A stretch of 64,000 nt of DNA from Octopus vulgaris. Its lineage: Eukaryota. The stretch lies in assembly GCA_951406725.2 (NCBI GenBank), contig OX597826.1, forward strand, positions 69,192,001-69,256,000, read 5' to 3'. Under the pieces are notes generated by a model. The model was not told where the DNA came from and ran no database searches. It was given only the letters and a program-made list of their open reading frames with translations. Below, piece by piece: positions 1 to 12,764 of the stretch (its first letter is position 1; each line of letters begins with the position of its first letter). Both the position numbers and the translations under genes were made by a program.

Positions 1-482
1 TAATCTACTTCCACTTTCTTTCGGTCTTTTATCAGAGAATTCCACTTTTGTAATTTGAAGCAATATCTATTCGCAGGTGTAACGGTGGCCGTGTTTTCAA
101 AATAGCAAACCTTTTACGGCAGCCAGTTAATTCAGCTTCCCGTCTTCTCAATGGGGAATGTCAAATAAATCTTCCTTGATGATACAGGTATGTTTTTCAA
201 TGAATATAGAAGTAGTTGTCACTCCATCTTCAAATGTTTTGCTCTTTTATAGGCACGGCTCGACAAAGTAAGGAAATGTATGTCTCTTCATGTTCTGTTT
301 TGTCAATTCTGAGAATGGAAAAAAAATAACAGGAGGAGACACGTGGCATGGAAGAGTCACTGAAGAGGTCACAGATGTGTGACGAAGGATTTCCAGACAA
401 TGGACAAAATATAAAACATGAATAATAAATGGGTGGAGAGTCAATTAATAGTGCGTGTGTTTATTTCGGAAGAAAACAAAAT

Positions 483-722
483 GACCCATGCATACCAGTC
501 TCCCCTCTCCACGCCATAGATGTTATCCAAGGGAAAGGCAAAGGGGACGATACAGCTTGGCACCTGTAATGTTGCAACTCGTTTCTACAGCTGAGTGAAC
601 TGGAGCAACGTGAAATAAAGTGTCTTGCTCAAGAACACAACACGCAGCCCGGTCCGGGATTCGAACTCGCAACCTCACGATCGTAACCTCGACACTCTAA
701 CCACTGAGCCATGCGCCTTCAC
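483..722 (-). mobile_element. tRNA-derived SINE, family C (CORE-like central domain)
   Basis: Minus strand has A box TGGCTCAGTGG, B box GTTCGAATCCC, then GTGTTCTTGAGCAAGACACTTTATTTCACGTTGCTCCAGTTCACTCAGCTG; related copies at 16467 and 22461. Confidence 0.85.
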
Positions 723-733
723 TATATATACAT

Positions 734-788
<55 letters not shown>

Positions 789-1644
789 TTAGGGAGGGAA
801 AGAGAAAGCGAGAGAGAAAGAAACAAGAAACAGAAACAGAAGGAAGGAGGGTGGAAGGGTGATATGTCCTTAATTTGCAGTAACTTACTCATGAAATTCG
901 ATACGAGGAAAGAATTTTACAAATTGTTATCTATGTTCCCATAACGGTTTCCTTTATGCAAGTCTTTGAGTTGTGAGGGAGCCATATGGAACGAATTTTA
1001 ATAAAACTTTTTTTTCGATATGAATCAGAACTTTATTCGGCGTATTATTTCCCACTTCATCAAAAATCGACCTTCTTTTGAAAAGAACATGTTCAATGCT
1101 GTTAACAGCGCTTGAGGTGGCCGAGTGATCTCCTAAATCTGAACTTCACAAAATAAAGGTAGTGTATTCCTGTTTTTTGGGGGTTTTTTTCTCTAATCCA
1201 TCTTAAAACTCAGCGACGATAAGAACACCGATAAAATTGACGTTTCAAGTTCCAACATGTGTCTTAGTAATTAGAGGGTGACCACCTCCGTAATGCGCAC
1301 AGAATTAATTTTCCTGCCTATAGGAAAAATCTTAAATGCATTGCCGATGATTAATGAGAAACGTTGTTCTTCATTGGAGATTATGGAAGCGGTGCATATC
1401 GGATTAATATAATACAGATAATAATGTTGATTGATGGTTCCAGCTGAGATTTGCCCCGTAATAATAAGAGGGAGGCCATATTAAATATGGTGAGGCACGG
1501 TTAATTTCTCTCCTTGCGGATAGGGAAAATCTTGAGTGCATTGCGAATAATTAACGACAGCGTATGTATATACGCATATCCGCTTACATTTGCACACGGA
1601 CATTATATGTGTGTATGTATGGGGGGAGGGGTATAAGTGTGTGG

Positions 1645-1691
<47 letters not shown>

Positions 1692-1692
<1 letters not shown>

Positions 1693-1835
1693 TGTGTATC
1701 TTTCTGTTGAAGAGCGTAGGCTCGAAACGTAAAAGACTAGTTTTATTTATATTCCTGAGCGCCATACTAATACAATTGTTTGTTTGTATTCCACCTGCCT
1801 TCGTCTTTTGTTTATTTTCATAAAGCTTCCCGTTA
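1692..1835 (+). mobile_element. PLE-type terminal-repeat fragment carrying a hammerhead motif, between (TA)n tracts
   Basis: Contains the hammerhead at 1699-1736; a reverse-complement relative lies at about 13926-14032. Confidence 0.6.
1699..1736 (+). ncRNA. Minimal type-I hammerhead ribozyme motif (core A6 mutated)
   Basis: TCTTT-CTGTTGA-A-GAGC(GTAG)GCTC-GAAA-CG-TA-AAAGA; stem I TCTTT/AAAGA; palindromic ACGT stem III. Confidence 0.6.
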
Positions 1836-1856
1836 TATATATGTATGTATGTATAC

Positions 1857-1964
1857 ACGACGGGCTTCTTTCAGACTCCGTCTAACAAATCCACACACAA
1901 GGCTTTAGTCGGCCCGAAGCTATAGTAATGGAGACTTGCCCAAGGTGCCACGCAGTGGGACTGA
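1857..1964 (-). mobile_element. SINE family A, 5' half fragment
   Basis: Matches the head half of the full copies at 11037-11500 and 41944-42371. Confidence 0.8.
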
Positions 1965-1966
1965 TA

Positions 1967-2009
<43 letters not shown>

Positions 2010-2295
2010 AGAAACAGAACCAGACATCAAACAGACAGATATATAGTCAGACAGCGAGATAGATTGATGATAAACAGATAGATAGAGAGAGAGAGAGAGA
2101 GAGAGTGACAGGGAGAAACCTGAACCAACTTTACTGTTTGCTTGTTGTTGATGTGTTTGTTCAGCCAGAGACAGGTCAGTTTTGATCTCAGGTGTTACAC
2201 CTGTTGCATATAATTTGATAGCACAAATCGATAGCATTCTAGTCGTGGAAGATACGTTACAGGTTTTGGCTTAAAGCCTCCCCCACTCTCCCTCT

Positions 2296-2329
<34 letters not shown>

Positions 2330-2617
2330 GATGAATTGAATGACCGGTGAATGTAAAAACTCGTAGGTACCTGACGAAACACATCATCTGTTACACACAC
2401 ATACACACAGATACAGATACATATATATATATACGTTTGTGTTGATATACTCGAAACACACTTTGAGTCGAACCAGGGACAGCTGATGAAGGGGAATTTT
2501 CCTTGTATTGTTTGTTCAGTACTCTGTTTTTTCGTTGTTTAAAAAAAGTCCGTTTCCTTGTTTGATTTTATTTTCTCGTCTCTCGTTGTGTTCTACGTTT
2601 ATTTGTGGTGTCCTGTA

Positions 2618-2687
<70 letters not shown>

Positions 2688-2803
2688 TGTATATACATGT
2701 AGATGTAAGTATGTACATTTATGTATGTATATATGCATATATTTTATTTATTTATTATATTACTATATGACCGAACGCACGCGTTGTTTCTCTTCTCCAA
2801 GTT

Positions 2804-2926
<123 letters not shown>

Positions 2927-2931
2927 CTATA

Positions 2932-3166
2932 ATTAAGGGTATCTAAGAGATGCCACCACGCTGGAAATAGCAGCCAAAACTTGACTCTAAAACCACATTA
3001 AATGTTCATACAGCACCAGGAGAGAAGACGAAGAGAGTAATTTTTTTGCTAGTTTATTTTGTTTCTTCGTCTTCCGTCCTGGTGCTGTATGAACATTTAA
3101 TGTGGTTTTACCGTCAAGTTTTGGCTGCTATATCTAGTATGGTGATATCTCTTAGATACCCTTAAT
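2932..3166. repeat. Fold-back inverted repeat, about 103-bp arms and 29-bp spacer
   Basis: 2932-3034 is the approximate reverse complement of 3064-3166; a related single copy lies at about 61523-61696. Confidence 0.85.
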
Positions 3167-3274
3167 CTATAATTATAATAATAATTATTACCTTTGAGGT
3201 TTTTATTCCCATGCTGGCCACCTAATAAGATCGGTATTTTAAATAACGTTGTTATCCTTATATATATATAGATA

Positions 3275-3309
<35 letters not shown>

Positions 3310-3485
3310 GTATGTATGTATGTATGTATGTGTTCGTTAAAATAAGAAGCGAGGACGGCGAAAATTCTGTAAATAATAATTATAAGCGTTCACCATATTT
3401 TGGCTAAAACATACCCTATTATTGGGGCATATAGGCCTCCGACGGAATTACATTATACATATATATATATATGCAGTGAGAGAGT

Positions 3486-3517
<32 letters not shown>

Positions 3518-4161
3518 GAGAGACAGACAGACAGACAGACAGAGACCGGAACCAACTTGACAGCGTTTTGCAGTTAATGTCGTCATTCAGCCATAGAGAG
3601 GTAAGTTTTAATCACAGGTGTTACACTTGTAATTTAATAGCTGAAACTAAACTATTCTAGACCAGGAAGATATTCTCATGTTTGGGTTTAAAATCCTGTT
3701 ACTTGTAGATAGTGCAATTCCTGTAATAAAAACAGAAATTTTACATGAGTGACCCGAATTCTTTCTCTCTTATTCTCTTCCCCTCTCTCTCTTTCCATTC
3801 TCCCCCTTTCTTTCTCTGTAACTTGGCGAAAGATCTGTGAATATACAAAGTCGTTGACATCTGTAGAAAAACAGCTTTGGTTATTAATACATATGTATGC
3901 AATGCAATCTTACATTATAAACAGTGAGAGCGAAAATGAACGTGAAATATCAATATTTTTTGCTCTCTTTTACGTCCAGGGTAATTTTGCATCACCTAGT
4001 TTTGAGGGATGCTGTGTTTCTAAGCACAATATGTCTTTAAAGTGTCTACCTTCCAGAATAAGATGCAGCCTCACAGAGTTCACTAATGTACATTCATGAC
4101 GTTATATTGATAATGCTTATAAGCTTATACATCCCAACATACACCACACACACAAACATAT

Positions 4162-4211
<50 letters not shown>

Positions 4212-4726
4212 AAAAGCATGCCATATATGCTCCTTGTCTGAAGGAAAGATTTCTCTCAAGGTCAAACTTCATGCCAGTAGGGGGTTGATCGGACTCTGGA
4301 ACACAGAACATAATTACACACACACAAATACACACACACACACACATACATGTAATCAACTGGATGATGATATGTGAGATACGGGAGGTTTTAAAAGGTA
4401 AGAGAGATTATATTTTCTCCATTTCTACGAGAAGAATTGCAGTAAACTATAAGTGATTATGAGTAATTTTTTTTTTTCAAACATATTCCTTAAATAGAGA
4501 ATAAAATTTGGGATCAAGAGTAGAATACAATATTGACGTTGGGACAGAAACAGTTAATGTCACAAAAAACGGTTAGTACATACATACATACATACATACA
4601 TACATACATACATACATACATACATACATACATGTGTGTGTGCGTGTGTATAAATATATGTATTTATAAAGATTAGATTAGATAGATAGAGAGAGAGAGA
4701 GAGAGAAACACACATACACATATACT

Positions 4727-4802
<76 letters not shown>

Positions 4803-4804
4803 TT

Positions 4805-5820
4805 TAAAAAGTAATCTTATTTGCCACTTCAGTCAGGCTATTTCATACAAAATTGTGTTACTACATTTTAACCCCACCGAAAAGCATTTATTCCAGTTGG
4901 ACACAACCTGTGTCTGATACATTGCTAGTAAGGGAACGAACCACTCCTCTCCAGCGTGGTAACGCCAGTAGTCCAGAACTCGTTTCAGTGTCTAACTCTT
5001 CCTCTGTACTGGACACTTCCTTTCTAGAGATGGTAGTCATTCATTCCTACTTGCAAATATATAAACAATGAAGCGACAATCAACCGCTGAACTTGCAACA
5101 AGCAAAGTAGCAAATTCTAAAAACTCTATAAGAGATGCTCATAGTAGCGATACTGAAAAGTAATGCCTGCTGCCACTTCACCGCGGCTATTCCATACAGA
5201 ATTATGTCAGTACATTTTAACACCAGTAAATTTTCTTTTCCACTAATTTACTTCACAACAAATTTAGACAAACCCTATGCCAAATTAGGGGCAACTTCAC
5301 TTATAAGGAGAGAAGAAAAAAAAAACGTTCTTCTTAAGAGCAAACGAGCGTTATTTTCATGTATTAAAAGCTGCAATATGCATTGAAATGATACGAAACA
5401 AACAATAGAAAACACTTATGAAATAAACGCAGTAAAATCTTCTCACAAAGTCCATTATTGATACTTACAATGAAACCCCATTGAACACATTCATATCATT
5501 GATATCAACAAAGAAGCCAAACAAACTGCAAAAACTTTTAAATTAGTCTGCTTAGCATTAAGAAAAAACAACCATTACTACTCTAAAAGATCACAAACAA
5601 AACTTCGACAATATCAGCTCAAATAAAATATATTTGTTTATATATCTCCTTTTTGTATATATAAGTTCATGGTTATGTGTATATCTATAGGTAAATGTAG
5701 CTATATATTTATATATGTATATGTATATATATTATAGTAGAAGAAATAGCTATAACTCTTTGACTGCTATTTCTAAATTCGGTATGTGGTAAGGAAACTA
5801 GTTGCTAAACCCTTTATTGC
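4805..5820 (+). mobile_element. Decayed Penelope-like retroelement, N-terminal RT region
   Basis: + frames read IDINKEAKQTAKTFKL (5498-5545) and TLKDHKQNF (5580-5606), resembling the PLE RT motif INxEAKxIA...ITLKDHKxNF; flanked by (GATA)n and (TA)n. Confidence 0.65.
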
Positions 5821-5824
5821 TTTG

Positions 5825-5957
<133 letters not shown>

Positions 5958-6314
5958 CTGTGTGTGTCTCTTAGTAACGCATGTCGGTTTAAGCAAATAT
6001 AAAGGTGAAATTATTTAGATGTTATTTGTTTGAGTGAAGCACATACACGCATATACTCTCTCTCTCTCACACACACGCACACAGACACGCACACACATAC
6101 ACTCGTATCTGTGGAATATTTACAATTTATATTTTCGTTTGCATGCAGTGCCATTACGAAGAAGCTATATGTATGTACTTTCAAAGTATTTATCTCTCTG
6201 TCTATCTGTCTGTCTGTCTTCTTTTCCTTTTCTTTATCTCACTATCTATTCCCATGTCTCTCCCTTCTCTCGGTATGACTTTTACAGTGTACTTGTATAT
6301 ATAGGACTGCACAT

Positions 6315-6407
<93 letters not shown>

Positions 6408-6409
6408 CG

Positions 6410-6443
<34 letters not shown>

Positions 6444-6665
6444 TATATACTTTATTTATATTGTATGTATATATGTATATATCTATGTATATACTCTTTT
6501 TCCATATATATATATATATAATATATATATATATATATAAACATATATATATATACATACATACATATATGCATGCATACATATATGTGTCTGTGCGTCA
6601 GTGTATTTGTGCCTGTCTGTGTGTAAGTATGCATTTATGTACGTATTTATGTATGTAGATGTTAA

Positions 6666-6767
6666 AATATGGTTCTGGGTTCTGTTCCACTGCGTGGCAC
6701 CTTGGCCAAGTGTCTTCTAATATAGCCTCAAGCCGACAGAAACTGAAAGAAGCACGTCGTATATATG

Positions 6768-6855
<88 letters not shown>

Positions 6856-7094
6856 TGCTTTTATGTATGTATGTGTGTATATGTTTGTGTGACTGTGTTT
6901 GTCCTCCCAACATCGCTTGACAACCGATGCTGGTGTGTTTACGTCCCCTCGACTTAGCGGTTCGGGAAAAGGGACCGATAGAATAAGTACTAGGCTTACA
7001 AAGAATAAGTCCTGGAGTCGATTTGCTCGACTAAAAGTGATGCTCCAGCATGGCCACAGTCAAATGACTGAAACAAGTAAAAGAGAGTAAAGAG
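6666..7094 (+). mobile_element. SINE family A (5'-truncated, internal microsatellite)
   Basis: GCGTGGCACCTTGGCCAAGTGTCTT...(TA/TG)n...CGCTTGACAACCGATG...GACTGAAACAAGTAAAAGAG. Confidence 0.85.
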
Positions 7095-7189
7095 TTACGG
7101 AGATGTACTTGCATAGCAAGTAATTTGATCTGAGATCGTGTGCTGAAACGAAAACAATTGCAGCGTGGAAGGTGTTTGTAAACCATTTA

Positions 7190-7496
7190 AGATATTTTCG
7201 TCGCGGTCTTAAAGCGACGAAAGTATTTTGACAAATTAAACTTAAATGTTAGAGTAAAGAGTATATCTCTGTATGAACTTCCTAATAACGCCCTACTCTA
7301 CTCGCTCCCCCCCCCCAACCATTGATATACCTTTACCAAGAAAGGTCATCTGCTACTTGAACTCGTGTTATATTTCTATTTTCAGTCATTCATTTATTTT
7401 TATCTCTATTCTCCTAGCACCTGCTTCAATCCCGCTGACCACCGTGCGTGAAATAAATGTTTGTGCGTATGTGTGTGAGTACACATGTGTGTGTTT

Positions 7497-7555
<59 letters not shown>

Positions 7556-7569
7556 CGAGATCCTAGAAG

Positions 7570-7601
<32 letters not shown>

Positions 7602-7619
7602 CGGATTTTATATAGTAGA
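7190..7619 (-). mobile_element. Possible non-autonomous Helitron
   Basis: Minus strand begins a|TCTACTATATAAAA followed by (TG)n and ends near the hairpin TTCGTCGC-N9-GCGACGAA; the canonical CTRR end is not intact. Confidence 0.4.
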
Positions 7620-7699
7620 TTTGACCTGTGTGAAATTGTTTTTAGTGAATTTACACGGATTTAAAATTTTGTGTTTACAAGAGAAAAAGATTCTTATTT

Positions 7700-9480
7700 T
7701 ATGTTAGGGTAAGTCATTTATTGTTCCCCCATAAATTATACAACGCTTCAATATAGCATAATCTTCATTCTTTCTTGCTTTCAATTGAAGAATGCTCTCT
7801 TTCAAACATGCCTCAGAATCATTTTGCATGAGAATAGTTAAGATCAAACTTGTACTCAGCTAGTGTAGTTCAATTGCATAATTTTATATTCCTAATGAAG
7901 GAACACTTTAAGGCATTAGAAAGTAGATCCTATATAATAATGGCTATCATTTTCTGTGATGACAAGATATTTGTAGATATTGTTACGTATTCTCCTTTAT
8001 TAAGAACACTATTGTCAAAACATACGTTATCTTTTTGCCCCGTTCTTATTTTAAATTCGTTATTAGATTCTCCGATATTACTACCTACGTGAATAAATTT
8101 TAAAGAGTTTGAATTCGTGTAGATTAGGTTCTATTGCTATTTATAAATGACAGATTTATTTCGTTTGTATTTTTTTCCTTCTTAATTATGCATGCAGTAT
8201 TATTATCTTTTACATTATATTCACTAATTACGTTAGCAGCAAAACGTTGACGATTGGGCAAAATGTTTGCACTAGAGTTGTGGTAGTATAATTTAAATTT
8301 TGCACTATTGTTTCCAATATTCTGCACCTCCCATTCTTAAGGCTATCCAGATTACGCAGTTAACACTAAGAGTTTGTATTATGTGTGTGTGTGGGGTATG
8401 TGCGTGTGTGTTTGTGTGTGTTTCTGCTTGTTCGTTAATTATTTATACTTACCCATTTTACAGACGTTAGAATATTATATAAAATATCCGCATGATTTGG
8501 TGTTGTGGAGTATGAGAATTCAACTATGTACCTATTTAAAAAGCAGTGGCATTTACATTTAGGCGGAAAGTTATACATAACATATCAAAGAAGATTTAAG
8601 GTATATTTGCCTTAATTTTTATTCCATTTTAACTAAAGGTCATTTAATACAAGTTTCGTTCCTTTTTCTCATTTTAATATTTCTATATTTCATTTTCTTA
8701 TGGAGCACTATATTTTACAGGAGGTATACTGTAATTACACTTTGGGAACCGTTTTGAAGTTGTGTTGCCAGAGTATAGAATTTTAGATATGTTGGAAGCG
8801 ATTATGTTATTTCTTATCCCACCTTCTAAATTAGAATTTTTAATAACAGTATTAGAAATGTTGCCACCGTTTGATTCAACCTTATTATTAGATTTCTATA
8901 TACATTTATATTTTATTACAGATTTTAACTCTATTTATAGTTGCATATTCATTCTCATAAGATTGAGATTTAATAATTTCGTTTGCTAGTTTTATTAAAT
9001 TATTCCTACATGTTGAATTTGTAAAGGTTATCAGTTATGTTTTTGGTAATATAAGGGGTATAAATATTTCTTCAAGGACCCACTGCTGCTTACATTAGCA
9101 TTGTGGTTAATTAAATTACATACGAATATTATGTAATCGTTTATTTGCAATATTTTTACAACTGGAAGGTTGCGTTTAAGGGTTCTGTTGTATGTTAATA
9201 TATTTCGCATGATTATGCGTAGAATTTATGCTAAATTTATAGTTGCTTTCATTAGAGTAAGTAATGACTTGGGTCTTGTCCTTAAAATCACTGTGCAACA
9301 AAGCATCATTATAACATTCGGAGTTATTAAATATTTCTAAGCTAGAGGAAAGGCTGGTTTTTCTAAAAGCAATATTTTCTACAAGATTACCTATATCAGA
9401 TTTTCGATTATTTGAATTTTTATATTTGCGTTCTAAGGTCTTTATTAGTTTTCTCTAAAGGAAAGTGTAGGCTACTCAGT
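7700..9480 (-). mobile_element. Decayed Penelope-like element: RT thumb, linker and GIY-YIG endonuclease
   Basis: Minus frames read NLVENIAFRKTSLSSSLEIFNNSECYNDALLHSDF (about 9285-9388), NFPPKCKCHCFLNRYIVEFSYSTTPN (8495-8572) and NNIYKYLVITENDSHYYIGST (7922-7984, GIY-YIG), with stops and frameshifts. Confidence 0.75.
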
Positions 9481-9528
9481 CCTAAGGTGACCTCAAAATA
9501 AGAATTTACCATTTTATAATCCAATCTA

Positions 9529-9830
9529 GTGGAGACACATGGCCTAGTGGTCGGAGCAGCAGCCTCGCAGTCGAGGGATCGCGGGTTCGAATCTCAGATT
9601 GGGTGTTTTGTGTGTTTATGAGCCAAACACCGAAGTTCCAGTTGGCTCCGGCAGAAGGTAATGGCGAACTTCTGTTGACTCTTTGGCCACAATTTTCTCT
9701 CACTCTTTCTTCCTGCATCACGCAGCTCACCTGTAACGGACCGCCATCCCGTCCAGGTAGGGAACCTATGCACCAATGAAACCGGGTAACCGTTCCTTAT
9801 GAGCCAGGCGTGGCTCGAGAAGGGACAAAC
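9529..9830 (+). mobile_element. tRNA-derived SINE sharing its 3' tail with family E
   Basis: A box TGGCCTAGTGG, B box GGTTCGAATCTC, tail GAAACCGGG...ATGAGCCAGG also present at 18965-19220 (-). Confidence 0.75.
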
Positions 9831-10219
9831 GATATAGTCCAATCTGGAAAAGACTGATAGTTTATAATAATTAAAAGTAAGCCTGGGATTATGCAAGGTA
9901 CTTCCTCAAGGTGTCATACAATGAGACTGAGCCCAAAACCGTGTGTCTGCAAACCCATCTTCGAAGCCACACAGTCTTAACTACAACGTATGTCTAGTAT
10001 TAAAGGCTTCATTGACATTCATTATGTAATCATCTTACTATCGGACTGGAAAAGCTCTTCTTGGCTGTGCAGAGGTTATACCTCTTAGTCGTGTATTAAC
10101 ATTTGAACTTTCCAATATACTACACTTTATGTTGACTGTTCTGGTTTTTTTTAATCACTTGCTGTAATTTGCCACTTTTAGTGCATATCCTTTATTAAAA
10201 TGTCTGGAGGTCTATCTAT

Positions 10220-10283
<64 letters not shown>

Positions 10284-10291
10284 ATATATAT

Positions 10292-10323
<32 letters not shown>

Positions 10324-10363
10324 GCTGGCTCCTTCTTTCTCTGTATGTATATATATACATATA

Positions 10364-10422
<59 letters not shown>

Positions 10423-10439
10423 AGAAGCTAAATTATTTT

Positions 10440-10500
10440 CTATTGTCCTACACTTGTCGCCATACAACAATGCACTCAAACGTGCATTTTAACACAAGTC
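10440..10500 (-). mobile_element. Tiny RTE-clade LINE ORF remnant
   Basis: Minus frame LSALLYGDKCRTI resembles the RTE motif LLYGSE(C/T)W. Confidence 0.35.
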
Positions 10501-11036
10501 CTAACTCACTAACTGATTCACTTTCATCACTTTATTCCTCTCACTTATAGACTTATATACCACATATCAAACAAACATGATACATATTCAAAAATAAGAC
10601 GCCATCGAATACTCAGTATTAAATACAGCGATGATAGAAGCCTCTCTATTATTAGAGGATTACAGAAAAAGTGAACGGCGAAGTTGATATGATGCCAGCT
10701 GTCTAATTGAGAGGTCACTGGTACGTCTTTTGTCTCAGGTATTGTGTCGAGGCCGTGACAAGTAAACAAAATCTCTCATCAATATTAAATCCACTCAGCT
10801 GTATGTAGGTCAGTTATTATTTTTCACTAGGTCAGAAATGATGGAGAACAACTATGTTCAAAGATGTTTTAAATAAGACCATTGCATCTTTTATTCAGAC
10901 TTAAGGTACCGAGGATAAAATTATGAATTATGGAATACGATTTTAGAAATTCGGAACAGGGTGATATTCGAAAAAGATTTTGACTGGAATTTCTAACAGA
11001 TCGAGAAACCATATATATATATATATATATATATAT

Positions 11037-11265
11037 ACTCTTTTACTCTTTTACTCTTTTACTTGTTTCAGTCATATGACTGCGGCCATGCTGGAACACT
11101 GCCTTTAATCGAGCAACTCGACCCCGGAACTTATTCTTTTGTAAGCCCAGTACTTATTCTATCGGTCTCTTTTGCCGAACCGCTAGATAACGGGGACATA
11201 AACACACAGGCATCGGTTGTCAAGCAATGCTAGGGGGGACAAACACAGACACACAAACACACACA

Positions 11266-11336
<71 letters not shown>

Positions 11337-11500
11337 GACGGGCTTCTTTCAGTTTCCGTCTACCAAATCCACTCACAAGGCTTTGGTCGGCCTGAGGCTA
11401 TAGTAGAAGACACTTGCCCAAGGTGCCACGCAGTTGGACTGAACCCGGGAACCATGTGGTTGGTAAACAAGCTACTTACCACACAGCCACTCCTGTGCCT
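11037..11500 (-). mobile_element. SINE family A, full length
   Basis: tRNA-like head (GGCTGTGTGG; GGTTCAGTCC), CORE-like CACCTTGGGCAAGTG, internal (TA)n and (GTAAAAGA)n tail. Confidence 0.9.
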
Positions 11501-11524
11501 ATATGTCTAGGACTATGTCTAGGG

Positions 11525-11587
<63 letters not shown>

Positions 11588-11723
11588 CATATATTGTTAT
11601 TCTACCAATTATATACATTTTTATTCCTTTTTATTATTTTAATTTTAATATTTCTATTATATGTAATTTTCTAGATGGTGTAATTCAATTGTTCATATTG
11701 AATTGATAAAGGGTGTTTTTTTC

Positions 11724-11762
<39 letters not shown>

Positions 11763-11899
11763 GCCATATATATGACCCCTTTCTTTAGTGGGTATGCGTA
11801 TTCATAAAGGAGGATTGTATATGAAGTTACTACTCTTATATTATGTGGGTGTGTTTGAATATGTAGGTCTATGTTTGTAACTGTATCAATGCATATTTT

Positions 11900-12120
11900 T
11901 TATACGTGGTTCATTCCGTAATAACAGGTTGTTTTTTTTTCAGGATAGAAATTTATTAATTTCAGAGAAAATCAAAACTCTAATCTCCTCTCATTTCGAT
12001 GTCTTTGATGTAGCGATCCAGCGACTTCGTGAAAACCTCATGGAATTCCTTTAAGGTGTCTGGACACTTGTCACAGACTCCATCTTTCCTCTGTCTTCAA
12101 AGGCACTGCTCCTGAAGATA
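11900..12120 (-). mobile_element. Mariner transposase 3' remnant
   Basis: Minus frame EFHEVFTKSLDRYIKDIEMRGD resembles the mariner C-terminus FxKWxxRYxKCIExxGxY. Confidence 0.5.
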
Positions 12121-12329
12121 GGCTTTTTTAATGAGTCAATAACTACACCATCGTATAACAACTTGAATGTGTGCTGTTCTTATTGATTTTGGGTTTTTTT
12201 TAACCCCTAGTGAACTCTGGTCAAATAGACTTAAAAGCAAATGGTGTTCTAACAGAAACATTTCATATTTTTTTTCCTTTTTGGTTATCATATGTCCTGG
12301 GATATATTAACTTGGGTCATATTGTAAAA

Positions 12330-12589
12330 AGAGGAAAGTGAAGGTTTCCTCTCGAGTGATGCAGACTCATAAGGGCCGGTTTCCCGGTTTCATTGCGTGC
12401 GTATTCCTCACTTGGATAGAACGCTAGTCACTCGCAGGGAGACTCATTTTTGGCAGCTGAGTCGACTGGAGCAACGTAAAAATGAAGTGTTTTGCTCAAG
12501 GACGCAACGCGTAACCCAGTTCAGAAATCGAAACAACAAACTTACGATCATGGGTTCAACACCGTAACCACTAAACCACATGCCTCCAC
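12330..12589 (-). mobile_element. SINE family E (C-type head, GAAACCGGG tail), diverged
   Basis: Similar to 18965-19220. Confidence 0.7.
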
Positions 12590-12764
12590 TCTCCTTCAAC
12601 TTCAGGAACAAACTAAAGCCACAGGGAGCAAGGTCTGGACTACAGGAAGGGAGAGGAATTCAATTGACGCCTATCTCTTTCAAGTAGTTCGTTACCAGAA
12701 AGAAGTTGTGACAGGCCTCATATACACAAGGGTACATATATGCATACACTATACATAGATAAAT

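Noticed and set aside
2365-2500. Hammerhead split by a microsatellite (CTGACGA at about 2371, GAAAC...GTC at about 2453-2469, CTGATGA at about 2484)
   Set aside because: Stems I and III each contain mismatches and stem II cannot be closed; too weak to call.
11930-12120. Strong + strand splice acceptor (T-run CAG at about 11943) suggesting an exon
   Set aside because: The region is better explained as an antisense mariner 3' remnant.
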